From contig OZ253580.1 in assembly GCA_965263035.1 (NCBI GenBank), positions 5,856,001 through 5,920,000 of the forward strand: a stretch of 64,000 bases of DNA. The letters run 5' to 3'. The notes under the pieces are model-generated. The model had not been told where the DNA came from. It did no database searches and was given only the letters and a program-made list of their open reading frames with translations. Positions 11,301-19,883 of this stretch are shown piece by piece; the stretch's first letter is position 1; every line of letters begins with the position of its first letter. The translations under genes were made by a program, and so were the position numbers. Source of the stretch: Acidobacteriota bacterium. Its GTDB lineage: Bacteria; Acidobacteriota; UBA6911; RPQK01; JAJDTT01.

Positions 11301-11792
11301 GAGCATGACCGGGTAACCCACGGCGGAAGCCAGGCTCCTGGCCTCGTCCAGGTCCGAGAGGGGCGTCTCGCTGCCCTGCAATATTGGAACCCCCAATTGG
11401 GCCGCCAACCCGCGGGCCACCGTCTTGTCGCCCAGCTGCTCCAGAATCTCAGGCCGGGGACCGATGAACAGAATTCCGGCATCCGCACAGGCCCGGGCCA
11501 GCACCGGGTTTTCCGAGAGAAAACCGTAGCCGGGATGAATGGCGTCGACTCGCTTCTCAACGGCCAGTGCGATCACGTTGTCGACGTTGAGGTAGGCCTG
11601 GATGGGATCCATGCCGGAGCCGATCAGATAAGCTTCATCCGCCTTATACCGATGGAGGGAGAATCGATCTTCTTCCGAATAGAGAGCGATCGTCCGGATG
11701 CCCAATTCATGTGTCGATCGAAAAACGCGAATCGCGATTTCACTTCGATTGGCGGCCAACAGGCGTTTGATTCGTGACTGACGTGAGGCCAT
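8316..11792 (-). CDS. pyc: Pyruvate carboxylase
   Basis: Biotin carboxylase (ANRSEIAIR, GGGGRG, INPRIQVEH), carboxyltransferase (DTTLRDAHQSL, IKDMAG, HFHTH) and biotinyl domain (AMKME). ATG at 11792. Confidence 0.97.
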   Translation of the reverse strand: MASRQSRIKRLLAANRSEIAIRVFRSTHELGIRTIALYSEEDRFSLHRYKADEAYLIGSGMDPIQAYLNVDNVIALAVEKRVDAIHPGYGFLSENPVLARACADAGILFIGPRPEILEQLGDKTVARGLAAQLGVPILQGSETPLSDLDEARSLASAVGYPVMLKAAHGGGGRGIRVVSREAELEAQFQEARRESASAFGREEIFLERFVSRARHLEVQILGDRHGNLVHLYERDCSLQRRHQKLVEMAPALNLAPELRRKICDAAVALGRAIGYDNAGTVEFLLDQDTDQFYFIEINPRIQVEHTVTEQVTGVDLVHHQILIAQGLSLEHPEIGLATQSDVQVRGYACQCRVTTEDPENSFIPDYGRILHYRSAAGAGIRLDAGTAFSGATVTPFYDSLLVKVTAWGLHFSETVRRMERCLQEFRIRGVKTNIPFLINLVDHPEFRNGNCTTRFIDENPELFRFPARRDRATRLLRFLGNQVVNETPVVREFHAKVNRRPAPVPWRPTGGSIPEGHRFRLLRDGPRKFADWVQDRPEVLITDTTLRDAHQSLLATRMRTYDMSRIADVYAHCHSDFFSLELWGGATFDTAMRFLRESPWDRLDRLRQAIPNIPFQMLLRASNAVGYTSYPDNVVQEFVRFAAESGIDIFRIFDSLNDTRNMQVAIEAVSRSGGLAEAAICYTGDILDPDRPKYSLDYYLELARELERMGAHILAIKDMAGLCKPYAAHQLIRALKNEVGLPIHFHTHDTSGGQMATLLKAVEAGADIVDGAMAPLAGLTSQPSLNTFVEMLRFSPRDPGFDTARLEETAHYWEVVRQYYCAFESTLRTGTADVYKHEMPGGQYTNLYQQAAALGLEENWPEVWRTYARVNELFGDIVKVTPSSKVVGDLALFMLTNDLSPQDLTDSSKKIDFPKSVIDFFQGRLGTPKGGFPARLRERILGDLRPIQGRPGESLPPADLQGARKDLEGRLRRKFGERDTISYLLYPQVFQEFIRHQIRFGDVSVIPTPVFFYGMEREAEVLVELEPGKTLIIKLMAVGEPDTRGNCTVFFELNGVPREVRVPNQSVIPQVSKRSKADPGDPLHVGAPMPGMVISVSVGSGAKVAQGEKLLTLQAMKMELTLYADREAEIDELLVEPGDRVNTKDLLLTYRRETIEAV

Positions 11793-14751
11793 TAGCAAGA
11801 GAAGATGTGCCGGTAGATTTGTCGAATGGCGGCGGTTTCGATCCGATAGCGCTCCAGAAGCGAGTCCCCCGAGTCCAAACCCATGAGCCGAGCCGTGATT
11901 GCACACCGGGACGGATCGCGGGGTAGTCTGGTCACCGGACTTTCAGCCAGTAGTCGCTGCAGAGCCTCGAGGTGGAAGAGAAATCCCGCGCCCCGGCTCA
12001 GGACCCTCCCCTCGTCAGGATCGAGATGACCCGACTCGACAAGTCTGGTGATGCCGACCCGAGTCCCGCTTCCCTCGATCCCGTGTTGCAGCTGCCGATA
12101 CTTTACCACGAACTGGATATCCATCAGCCCACCGCGGCCAACCTTGAAATCGTAGTTGACTCCATCTTTTTCCTTTCCCACCTCCCGCTCCTTGCGCCGG
12201 CGGACATGGTCCAGATCCCGAACCTGGTCCGGGGTGAAGGGCTGGACGTTCCAGATCAGAGGCCTCAGGTCCAGGGGTCTTCCCTGACTGTAGAGAGGAC
12301 GAAGACTGGCGTAGGCCATTCGTTCCAGGGGTCGGCTCGGGTAGCGAAGTAGCGCTCAAGCGCCGGGAAGGGAATTGCCAATGCCCCGTGGCGTCCATCG
12401 GGACGCAACCGGAAATCCATCAGGTACGCCCTCCCCTGATCAGTGTAGGTCTCCAGCTCCTGAATCAGTCTTCGAACCAGGCGCACGAAGAGTATGGACA
12501 GATCCTTGTCCGGACGGAGTCCGTAAACCAGCAACAGATCCAGATCGGAGTGATAGGTCATCTGCCGCTCTCCCAGCTTTCCCAGAGCCAGGAGGCTGAA
12601 CGTCTCTTCCCGAAGGGCAGGGAAGTCCTGGAGAATCTCTCGCATGACGTGACGGAGACAGCTGTCGGCCAGATGACTGAGGCGGAGCCTGGTCCCGGCG
12701 GTCCCCGGTTCCAACAGATCGTGGAGCGCCACCTTGAACTCCTCCCGGCGCTTGAAGACCCGCAAACCGTTCCTCCGATCCTTGGCCCCCTCAGCCAACT
12801 GCTCCAGCGATTTCCGCATCCCGAGAGCATCGTCCTCCAAGGGCGGAAGCCGAGAGACCGAATCCAGCAACTCGGGGTTGTGGATCAGGGTCTCGGACAA
12901 AAACTCACTGGTCGCCAACACGGTCAGAAGGGTCTTCCGGAAAAGGCGGTTCTCTATGAGTTCGGAATAGAGGTCGGCTCGAGCATTGAGCGACTCGCTG
13001 AAGCGGTCCAGGCGGGTGAACAGGTGAGAGGCTTTCGGAGCGAGGCCGATGTATTCGACCAGGTTAGGCACCAGGTTGGCCAGAAGATTCCTCATCCGGC
13101 TGGGCGAATGGGGAAAAGACGGGGCCTTCTCCAGAACGGCGATGCCCTCCAGGACACTCTCGTCGCGGATCCCGTTGGCTCGGAGAATCTCCAACGCCTC
13201 CTCGCGGTTCATATCCGAATTGAGCACCAGCCGTTCCAGGCCGCGCCGGGTCGGATCCTTTCCGAACAACGACTCGAAGATTCGCTGGACCTGGCTCTTC
13301 CTCCGCTCCAGTTCTTCCAGGAACGAGTCGGTCTCCGGCTCGGCCGCCGGACCGCTCGTTCCGGCGCCGAAGCCCAGACGCCGAGCCAGGCGCAGCAGCT
13401 TGCCGGGATCCCGGGGAAGACGATGGGTCTGCAGGTCATGGACGAGTTGCAACTTGTGCTCGACGTCGCGGAAAAACAGGTAACTGCCGCGAAGCGTGCG
13501 ATGGTCGTCGGCAGAGATGAGTCCGCCGTCCAGCAAGTGGTCCAGGGCGTCCAGGGTGTTGGGGGTTCTGAGCCCAGGCTGGGACCCACCGTAGAGAAGT
13601 TGGAAGGCCTGCGCGAAAAACTCGATTTCCCGAATTCCGCCCCGGCCCAACTTGACGTCCCACGTCTCGCTCCCCCCCTGCTCCGACTGGCGCTCCGCTC
13701 GCCGCTTGAGCCACCGAACCTCCTCGATGGCAGCAAAATCCAGATATCGCTTGTAAACGAATTCCTCCTGAACGATTCCCACCAATTTGCCGCCCAACGC
13801 GGCGCTTCCCGCCACGTGCCTGCACTTGATCAGGGACCAGCGGTCGGGTGTGTCCCCCCAGGTCTGGTAATAGGAGCGGTAGGCATCCAGCGAATATACG
13901 ATCTCCCCGGATCTGCCCATGGGCCGCAACCGGAGGTCGACTCGGTAAAGCCTTCCCTCGGCCGTAATGGTGGACAGGGCCCGCGTCAGATCGCGGGCAA
14001 AGCGGGCCGTGCGTCCAAAATCGGTCCCGTCGGCACGGACGTACAAGAGATCCACGTCGGAGCTGAAATTCAGCTCTTCTCCTCCCAGCTTCCCCAGGGC
14101 CAGCCCTGAAATGTCGGATTTCGAATCCAGTCCCGCCGGCGCCAGGATGTCGAAGGTCCGCTCCAGCACGGCGTCGGCGAGGTGGGACACCTGGCGAGCC
14201 GTCTGGTCCGGCGTGCAGAAACCCAGGATGTCCTGCGCCGCAATCCGGAGAGTCTCTTGCCGGCGAAGCCGGCGAAGCGACTCGAGAGCCGCCTCCGAAC
14301 CTTCGGGCGGACCCGCCGCCCGGGCCCGCGCAAGGAAGTAATCTCTGTCTGGAATCGATTCGAGCCGTTTCCCCTCCAGGAGCCAATCGACGTAGTCGGG
14401 GCTCCGCAGCAGGAGTTGGGCCAAGTAGGTCGAGGCTCCCAGAATCCGGGAGAGGGTTCTCAGCGCACGCGGTTTTTGACTCAGCAGGTCGAGAAAAGCA
14501 TTAGGACTGGACGCCGATTCGATCAGCGTTGCCAGATGGGGGATCACGGCGTCCGGATCGGCGGCTCGAAGGGCCTCCCGAAACGGATTCTCGGCCAATT
14601 CGGGCCATTCGTGGAGGTCACCGCCCACACGGCGAATTGCCTGAAGACTTGGAGCGACTCTGGAGGGGTTGCGAAAACCGGACTGGGCGAGAACCCGGCT
14701 GATCTCCTCGTTGGAAAAGCGGGAGGACAGAAACAATTCCCGGGCGCGCAT
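11792..14751 (-). pseudogene. glnE: Bifunctional glutamine synthetase adenylyltransferase/adenylyl-removing enzyme, split by a 1-bp frameshift near 12325
   Basis: Two nucleotidyltransferase domains (GKLGGEELNFSSDVDL..DLRLRP; GKLGERQMTYHSDLDL..DFRLRP) in ORF 12265-14769. The C-terminal part (DFKVGRGGLMDIQF) is in ORF 11792-12319. Adding one G restores DPWERMAY. May be a sequencing error rather than a true pseudogene. Confidence 0.85.
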
Positions 14752-14873
14752 TCCAGACGATTCTAGCAACCCCTGGCAGAAGCCGTCACGGCATCAGACC
14801 GGTCCCGGCGCTAGCCCGGATATCTCATCAGAAAGATTGATAAAGGCCGCGTTTTCTGCTATAAGTGTTGTGT

Positions 14874-14886
14874 AATCAATAACTTA
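14874..14886 (+). promoter_or_regulatory. IHF-consensus site inside the IS1380 left end
   Basis: AATCAATAACTTA matches WATCAANNNNTTR in an AT-rich patch just upstream of the transposase start. Confidence 0.45.
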
Positions 14887-14909
14887 CAAAGCAGAAGGGA
14901 CGCGACCTT

Positions 14910-16322
14910 ATGACCGCAGAGTGTACCAGAATAAAGCTCAGATTTCAGGGCCTGGACGGACGGGATGTCGTGGGCCGGTTCGACGGCGGCGAGATCACCT
15001 CCGACGCCGGTGGCGTGCTCCTGCGCGAAGTGGAGCAGCGGACCCGGATTCTGGGTCGTCTGAGCGAATGCTTCACCGACTATCGAGACTCGGATCGAGT
15101 CGAACACCCGGTGGAGGCGTTGATCAAACAGCGGGTGCTGGGGCTGTGCCTGGGCTACGAGGACCTCAACGACCACGACGAGTTGTGCCGGGACCGGCTC
15201 TTGGCGCTGTTGTGTGATCGAGATGATCTGACGGGGGAGTTCCGGCGCGTGGAGTCGGATCGAGGCAAGCCGCTGGCAGGCAAGAGCACCCTGAACCGAC
15301 TGGAGCGGACTCCGTTGGAGGGACCGGAGGGCGCGTACAAGAAGATCGTGGCCGACCCGGCGGGGATGGACGAGCTGCTGCTGGAGGTGTTTGTGGAAGC
15401 GCATCCGGAGCCCCCGGAGGAGGTGATCCTGGATGTAGACGCCACGGACGATCCGCTGCATGGGAAGCAGGAGGGACGGTTCTTCCACGGCTATTACAAA
15501 CGCTACTGCTACCTGCCGCTGTACGTCTTCTGTGGGGAACACCTGTTGCGTGCGCGGCTGCGCACGGCGGATCGAGGCGCGGCCCACGGGGTGGTGGCGG
15601 AGTTGGAACCAATCGTGAGGCGGCTGCGTGAAGCGTGGCCCCAGGTGCGGATCACGGTTCGAGGGGACAGTGCCTTCTCCAACGACGAGTTGATGGTCTG
15701 GTGCGAGAAGGAAGGGATCGATTACGTCCTGGGGTTGGCGCAGAACGATCGGCTGAAGCGGAGGATCGCGACCCGGATGGAGACCGTCCGGCAGTTGCAG
15801 CGGGCGATCGGGAAGGCCGTGAGGCAGTTCCAGGAACTGCGCTATCAGACGCACAAGAGTTGGTCGTGCGAGCGCCGGGTGGTGGCGAAGGTGGAGCACC
15901 TGCCCCGGGGAAAGAACCCGCGATTCATCGTGACTTCGGTCCCGGTCCAGGAATGCGATGGGCGAAGATTGTACGAGGAGGTCTACTGCGCGCGGGGAGA
16001 CATGGAGAATCGGATAAAGGAACAGCAGATGGGTCTGTTTGCGGACCGCACGTCGACCCGGAAGCTGGCGGGGAATCAACTGCGGTTGTATTTCTCGGCA
16101 TTCGCCTACGTGATGATGGAGACGTTGCGACGGGTGGGGCTGGCGGGGACGAAGCTGGCGCGGGCGCAGAGCTGGACCCTGCGGGTGAGATTGCTGAAGA
16201 TCGGGGCACAGGTCCGGATCACCAGCCGCAAGGTCTGGTTGTCCTTTTCCGAGAGCTATCCGTATGCGGCGCTGTTGAGGACGGCTCTGACGCAAGTGCA
16301 AGCCCTCCCGCTTCGCTGTTAG
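14910..16322 (+). CDS. IS1380-family DDE transposase
   Basis: FDGGEITSDAG, LDVDATDDPLHGKQEGRFFHGYY, RGDSAF, YCARGDMENRIKEQ. Confidence 0.95.
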   Translation: MTAECTRIKLRFQGLDGRDVVGRFDGGEITSDAGGVLLREVEQRTRILGRLSECFTDYRDSDRVEHPVEALIKQRVLGLCLGYEDLNDHDELCRDRLLALLCDRDDLTGEFRRVESDRGKPLAGKSTLNRLERTPLEGPEGAYKKIVADPAGMDELLLEVFVEAHPEPPEEVILDVDATDDPLHGKQEGRFFHGYYKRYCYLPLYVFCGEHLLRARLRTADRGAAHGVVAELEPIVRRLREAWPQVRITVRGDSAFSNDELMVWCEKEGIDYVLGLAQNDRLKRRIATRMETVRQLQRAIGKAVRQFQELRYQTHKSWSCERRVVAKVEHLPRGKNPRFIVTSVPVQECDGRRLYEEVYCARGDMENRIKEQQMGLFADRTSTRKLAGNQLRLYFSAFAYVMMETLRRVGLAGTKLARAQSWTLRVRLLKIGAQVRITSRKVWLSFSESYPYAALLRTALTQVQALPLRC

Positions 16323-16582
16323 CAACGGATGGAAAGAACTCTTTGGACGATGGCGACTTGGGAGTCCCCAGGATGGACTGCGCCCCGGAGTGGGCACCGG
16401 GTCGAGAGTCGTCGCTCAGAAGCGCAGGATGGGCGTCAAAAGGCTCTGGAGAAGCGCTGCATCTGGCCGTTGGTCGGCACGTTCGAGCACGAAAACTGCC
16501 TCTTGAACTCGTATGGATAAAGAATCACCCAGACGACGGTTCAACTTCCGTTTATTGTTCTACTGATGAGAAATGCAGGCTA

Positions 16583-16743
16583 GGAGTCTGCGCAGTAGAA
16601 ATGATCGTAGCGAGAAAGTGGGGAATCGAGGCCAGATTTTCTCGATTTGGAGGTGCATAGTTGTTCTATTCGCCGAGAAATCGAGGAAATATGGACCGAT
16701 TCTACTGCTTTCGCAGTAGATCAATTTCTGCGGCGCAGGCTCC
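16583..16743. repeat. MITE-like palindromic repeat, family 1, copy 1
   Basis: ~160 bp. Terminal inverted repeats GGAGTCTGCGCAGTAGAAATGATC / GGAGCCTGCGCCGCAGAAATTGATC; CTAG at both ends; near-identical copies at 48912 and 59686. Confidence 0.92.
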
Positions 16744-16872
16744 TAGGTGAGACTCTCACCACGGACCGGCAGTGCGGATCCGGAATCGCTGTCCGGGAGT
16801 GGACGGGTCGTTCGGCAACTGGAACGACCCGTCCACGGGCACGGCGGCTGTGGAACCGCAGGGCAGGGAAGA

Positions 16873-18288
16873 TCAGATGTCGAAGTAGAGAGCGAATTCG
16901 TAGGGATGCGGTCTCAGCCGCATGGCATCCACCTCACGCTCCCGCTTATAGCCCAACCAATTCTCGATCACGTCCGGAGTGAAGACATCTCCCTTGAGCA
17001 GGAAGTCATGGTCGGCCTCCAAGGCGTCGAGAGCCTGCTCCAGAGTCCCCGGAACCGACTCCACCTGAGCCATCTGTTCCGGCGGCAGATCGTAGAGGTC
17101 CTTGTCCATGGGATCGGGCGGCATGATCTTGTTCTGAATCCCATCCAGTCCGGCCATGAGCATGGCCGCAAATGCCAAGTAGCCGTTACAGGACGGATCG
17201 GGAGGACGGAACTCGATCCGCTTGGCCTTCTCGCTGCTGGAGTAAGTGGGGATTCGGACGCAGGCGCTTCGGTTGCGCATCGAATAGATGAGATTGACGG
17301 GCGCCTCGTAACCGGGCACCAGCCGCCGGTAGGAATTCGTGGTCGGAGCACCGAAAGCCAGGACCGCGGCGGCGTGCTTGAGGAGTCCGCCGATGTAGTA
17401 GACCGCCTCCTGACTCAGATCGGCATAGGTCCCGGGGCCGTAGAAGACGTTCCTGCCGTTCTTCCAGAGGCTCTGATGGCAGTGCATCCCGGAGCCGTTG
17501 TCCATGAATATGGGCTTGGGCATCAGGGTGACCGTCTTATTGTAACGGCGCGCCACGTTCTTGATGATGTACTTGAACTTCAGCAGCTTGTCTCCCATGT
17601 TGACCAGGGAATCGAAGCGTATGTCGATCTCGCATTGGCCGGCCGTTGCCACTTCGTGGTGATGAACTTCCACCTGGATGTCGGCGTCCTGGAGAGCCAG
17701 CATCATCTCCGTCCTCAGGTCCTGCAGCGTGTCCATGGGAGGAACGGGGAAGTAGCCTTCCTTGTATCGAGGCTTGTAGCCCAGGTTGGGGTTTTCTTCG
17801 CGCCCGCTGTTCCAGAAACCCTCCACCGAATCGATGTAGTAGTAGCCGTGATTGTAGGACTGGCCGAACCGGACGTCGTCCAGGACGAAGAACTCGGGTT
17901 CGGGTCCGAAATAGGCGGTATCGGCGATACCGGTCGACACCAGGTATTTCTCAGCTTTCTGAGTGATGTAGCGGGGGTCCCGGCTGTATGGTTCGTGGGT
18001 GATGGGATCGGCGATGTTGCAGATCAGAATCAGGGTTCTGACCTTGGAAAATGGATCCTCGAAGCAGGTGCTGGGATCGGGGATCAGGATCATGTCGCTC
18101 TCCTGAATCTGCTGAAAACCCCGAATGCTGGACCCGTCAAAACCGAACCCATCGGTGAAGCTGTCCTCGTCCAGATCGCCGGCGGCAATGGAAAAATGCT
18201 GCCACAGTCCCGGCAGGTCGCAGAACCGCAGGTCCACGACCTTGAGCTGCTGATCTCGAATCAGATTGACTACTTCTCTGGCGTCCAT
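16873..18288 (-). CDS. glnA: Glutamine synthetase type I
   Basis: [49 protein letters not shown] and adenylylation motif [11 protein letters not shown]. Confidence 0.98.
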   Translation of the reverse strand: MDAREVVNLIRDQQLKVVDLRFCDLPGLWQHFSIAAGDLDEDSFTDGFGFDGSSIRGFQQIQESDMILIPDPSTCFEDPFSKVRTLILICNIADPITHEPYSRDPRYITQKAEKYLVSTGIADTAYFGPEPEFFVLDDVRFGQSYNHGYYYIDSVEGFWNSGREENPNLGYKPRYKEGYFPVPPMDTLQDLRTEMMLALQDADIQVEVHHHEVATAGQCEIDIRFDSLVNMGDKLLKFKYIIKNVARRYNKTVTLMPKPIFMDNGSGMHCHQSLWKNGRNVFYGPGTYADLSQEAVYYIGGLLKHAAAVLAFGAPTTNSYRRLVPGYEAPVNLIYSMRNRSACVRIPTYSSSEKAKRIEFRPPDPSCNGYLAFAAMLMAGLDGIQNKIMPPDPMDKDLYDLPPEQMAQVESVPGTLEQALDALEADHDFLLKGDVFTPDVIENWLGYKREREVDAMRLRPHPYEFALYFDI

Positions 18289-18333
18289 AAGCGAGGTCCC
18301 TCCTTATGCTGGTTTTCAGATTGTTCGTGTAAA

Positions 18334-18387
18334 GGCAACGAGCGTTGCCAAGCTTCCGCCTGCGGGCATGGTACAACGACTCGTGCC
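18334..18387. promoter_or_regulatory. Candidate operator sites upstream of glnA
   Basis: 7-2-7 palindrome GGCAACG-AG-CGTTGCC at 18334-18349; CAACGA-N4-TGCC occurs at both 18336 and 18374. Confidence 0.4.
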
Positions 18388-18472
18388 TTCTCGAAAGAAC
18401 CCTCTGATTTTTATTTCGGGAAGCCGTCTTGTCCCCGGGGAAGGGCCATTTCTGTTGGCGAGGAGCTACTGA

Positions 18473-19042
18473 CTATTGCCCTTGGGTCTCCATGAAGTAG
18501 TAGGAGACCAGGTGGAGAATCAGGAAGTGGGCTTCCTCGATGTGGCCCATGTGGGACGAATCGACGTGAATGACACTCCGGGCGCATTCGGAGAGCTCCC
18601 CTCCGGATCTCCCCGTAATGCCGACGGTGTCGATTCCGTTCCGGTTCGCCCAGCGGACGGCATTGATCACGTTCGGAGAGTTTCCGCTGCCACTGAAGGC
18701 CAAGAGCAGGTCTCCGCTGCGGCCGAGGTTCCTCAACTGCTCCACAAAGATCTGGTCGTAGTCGTAGTCGTTGGCTACGGCCGATATCCAGGGAATATTG
18801 TCGGTGAGGGAAAGGACACGGAACCGGGGATTGCGGCCGTGGGAAGCCCCCTTACCCAGATCGTTGGCCAAATGGGATGCGGAGGCCGCGCTGCCGCCGT
18901 TCCCACAGACGAATATCTGTCGCTCGTTCTTCCGGGCCGTCTCCAATCGACTCGCCAGCTCGGCCACCAGATTCTCCGAAACCGTTTTCAGCACATCCAG
19001 CGAGGTCTTCTTGTAGGCCGCGACGTAGCTCTTGATGTCCAT
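18473..19042 (-). CDS. SIS-domain sugar isomerase, GmhA (phosphoheptose isomerase)-like
   Basis: CGNGGSAASASH, ANDYDYDQIFVEQ, SGSGNSPNV, IEEAH. Confidence 0.85.
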   Translation of the reverse strand: MDIKSYVAAYKKTSLDVLKTVSENLVAELASRLETARKNERQIFVCGNGGSAASASHLANDLGKGASHGRNPRFRVLSLTDNIPWISAVANDYDYDQIFVEQLRNLGRSGDLLLAFSGSGNSPNVINAVRWANRNGIDTVGITGRSGGELSECARSVIHVDSSHMGHIEEAHFLILHLVSYYFMETQGQ

Positions 19043-19242
19043 GCCGGAGAATCTCCTCGATCCTTGCGCCGACGATTCGGCTGTGCTCGGAAGCGTAACT
19101 TCCAGCTCGACCCTCCCGCAAGCTCGAGCCGGGCTTCGACGATCTGAGCTGACCGGTCGCTGCCGGACGGGGAACGAGGTGCGCCCAGCCCAACCTGACC
19201 CAGCGAGATCCTGGCGCGAGCCTCGTCCGTTCCATTTCCAGA

Positions 19243-19270
19243 ACGTCGCATAATGAATATTATGTAAACT
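19243..19270 (+). other. dif site (XerC/XerD chromosome dimer resolution)
   Basis: ACGTCGCATAA-TGAATA-TTATGTAAACT, an 11-6-11 layout. Left arm and centre resemble E. coli dif (GGTGCGCATAA-TGTATA); right arm equals the B. subtilis TTATGTAAACT arm. Intergenic and AT-rich. Confidence 0.88.
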
Positions 19271-19389
19271 ATTGGGACCAGGATCCGGCTCGGGCGGAGT
19301 TCGTAAGAATATCGAAATCAGTTTGTTTTAAAGGGATTTAGATAGATTTGTCTAAGAAGAGTCTGAAGTAAGGGGTCCACGCACGGACG

Positions 19390-19875
19390 CTACATCTTGT
19401 ATTTTCCCATTTCTTCCGGGTTGAGATTCTCCAGCCACTTGCGCACCTCTTCCGGATCCAGGTTTTCCTTGTCCAGAGTGATGTTGCGGCTGTTGTTGAT
19501 GACGTCGTCCGTGACGTAGATGGGGGAGTCGGTTCGGAGGGCCAAGGCGATGGCGTCGCTGGGACGGCTGTCGATGGCGATGGGTTCCCCGTTGAGCTTG
19601 AGATGAATCATCGCGTAGAAGGTGTTGTCCTTGAGCCCCGTGACGACGACCTTGTAGATCTCCGCATCCAGGTGCAGGAGGATGTTCTTGATCAGATCGT
19701 GGGTCATGGGACGGGGCGTGTCGATCCGCTCCACCTGGAGCGCAATGGCGTTGGCCTCGAAGATCCCGACCCAGATCGGCAGAAGCGTGTTCTTCTTCAC
19801 GTCTTGGAGGATGATGATCGGAGAATTGGTGATGGGATCCATCATCAGTCCGCGAATCTTGAATTCTCGCTCCAT
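19390..19875 (-). CDS. Bifunctional nuclease family protein (DUF151)
   Basis: LPIWVGIFEANAIA, PRPMTHDL, IDSRPSDAIALA. Confidence 0.92.
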   Translation of the reverse strand: MEREFKIRGLMMDPITNSPIIILQDVKKNTLLPIWVGIFEANAIALQVERIDTPRPMTHDLIKNILLHLDAEIYKVVVTGLKDNTFYAMIHLKLNGEPIAIDSRPSDAIALALRTDSPIYVTDDVINNSRNITLDKENLDPEEVRKWLENLNPEEMGKYKM

Positions 19876-19883
19876 GTGGACTC

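Larger units (their letters stand above)
14815..16579 (+). mobile_element. IS1380-family insertion sequence, apparently complete
   Basis: Left end CCCGGATATCTCATCAG; right end (reverse complement) CCTGCATTTCTCATCAG; flanked by direct CTAG repeats at 14811-14814 and 16580-16583. Confidence 0.9.

Noticed and set aside
16647-16982. Recurrent peptide EVHSCSIRREI.EIWTDSTAFAV (also at 48976 and 59756)
   Set aside because: It is a translation of the family-1 repeat, not a gene family; the downstream parts are unrelated.
18334-18351. Sigma54 promoter for glnA (TGGCAACGCTCGTTGC)
   Set aside because: GG to GC spacing is 11 nt instead of the required 10; kept only as a candidate operator.
10071-18495. 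Long ORFs 10071-11777(+), 12388-14109(+), 14859-16397(-), 16747-18495(+) and similar ones across the window
   Set aside because: They lie antisense to pyc, glnE, the transposase and glnA, have no motifs, and are expected from GC-rich codon bias.
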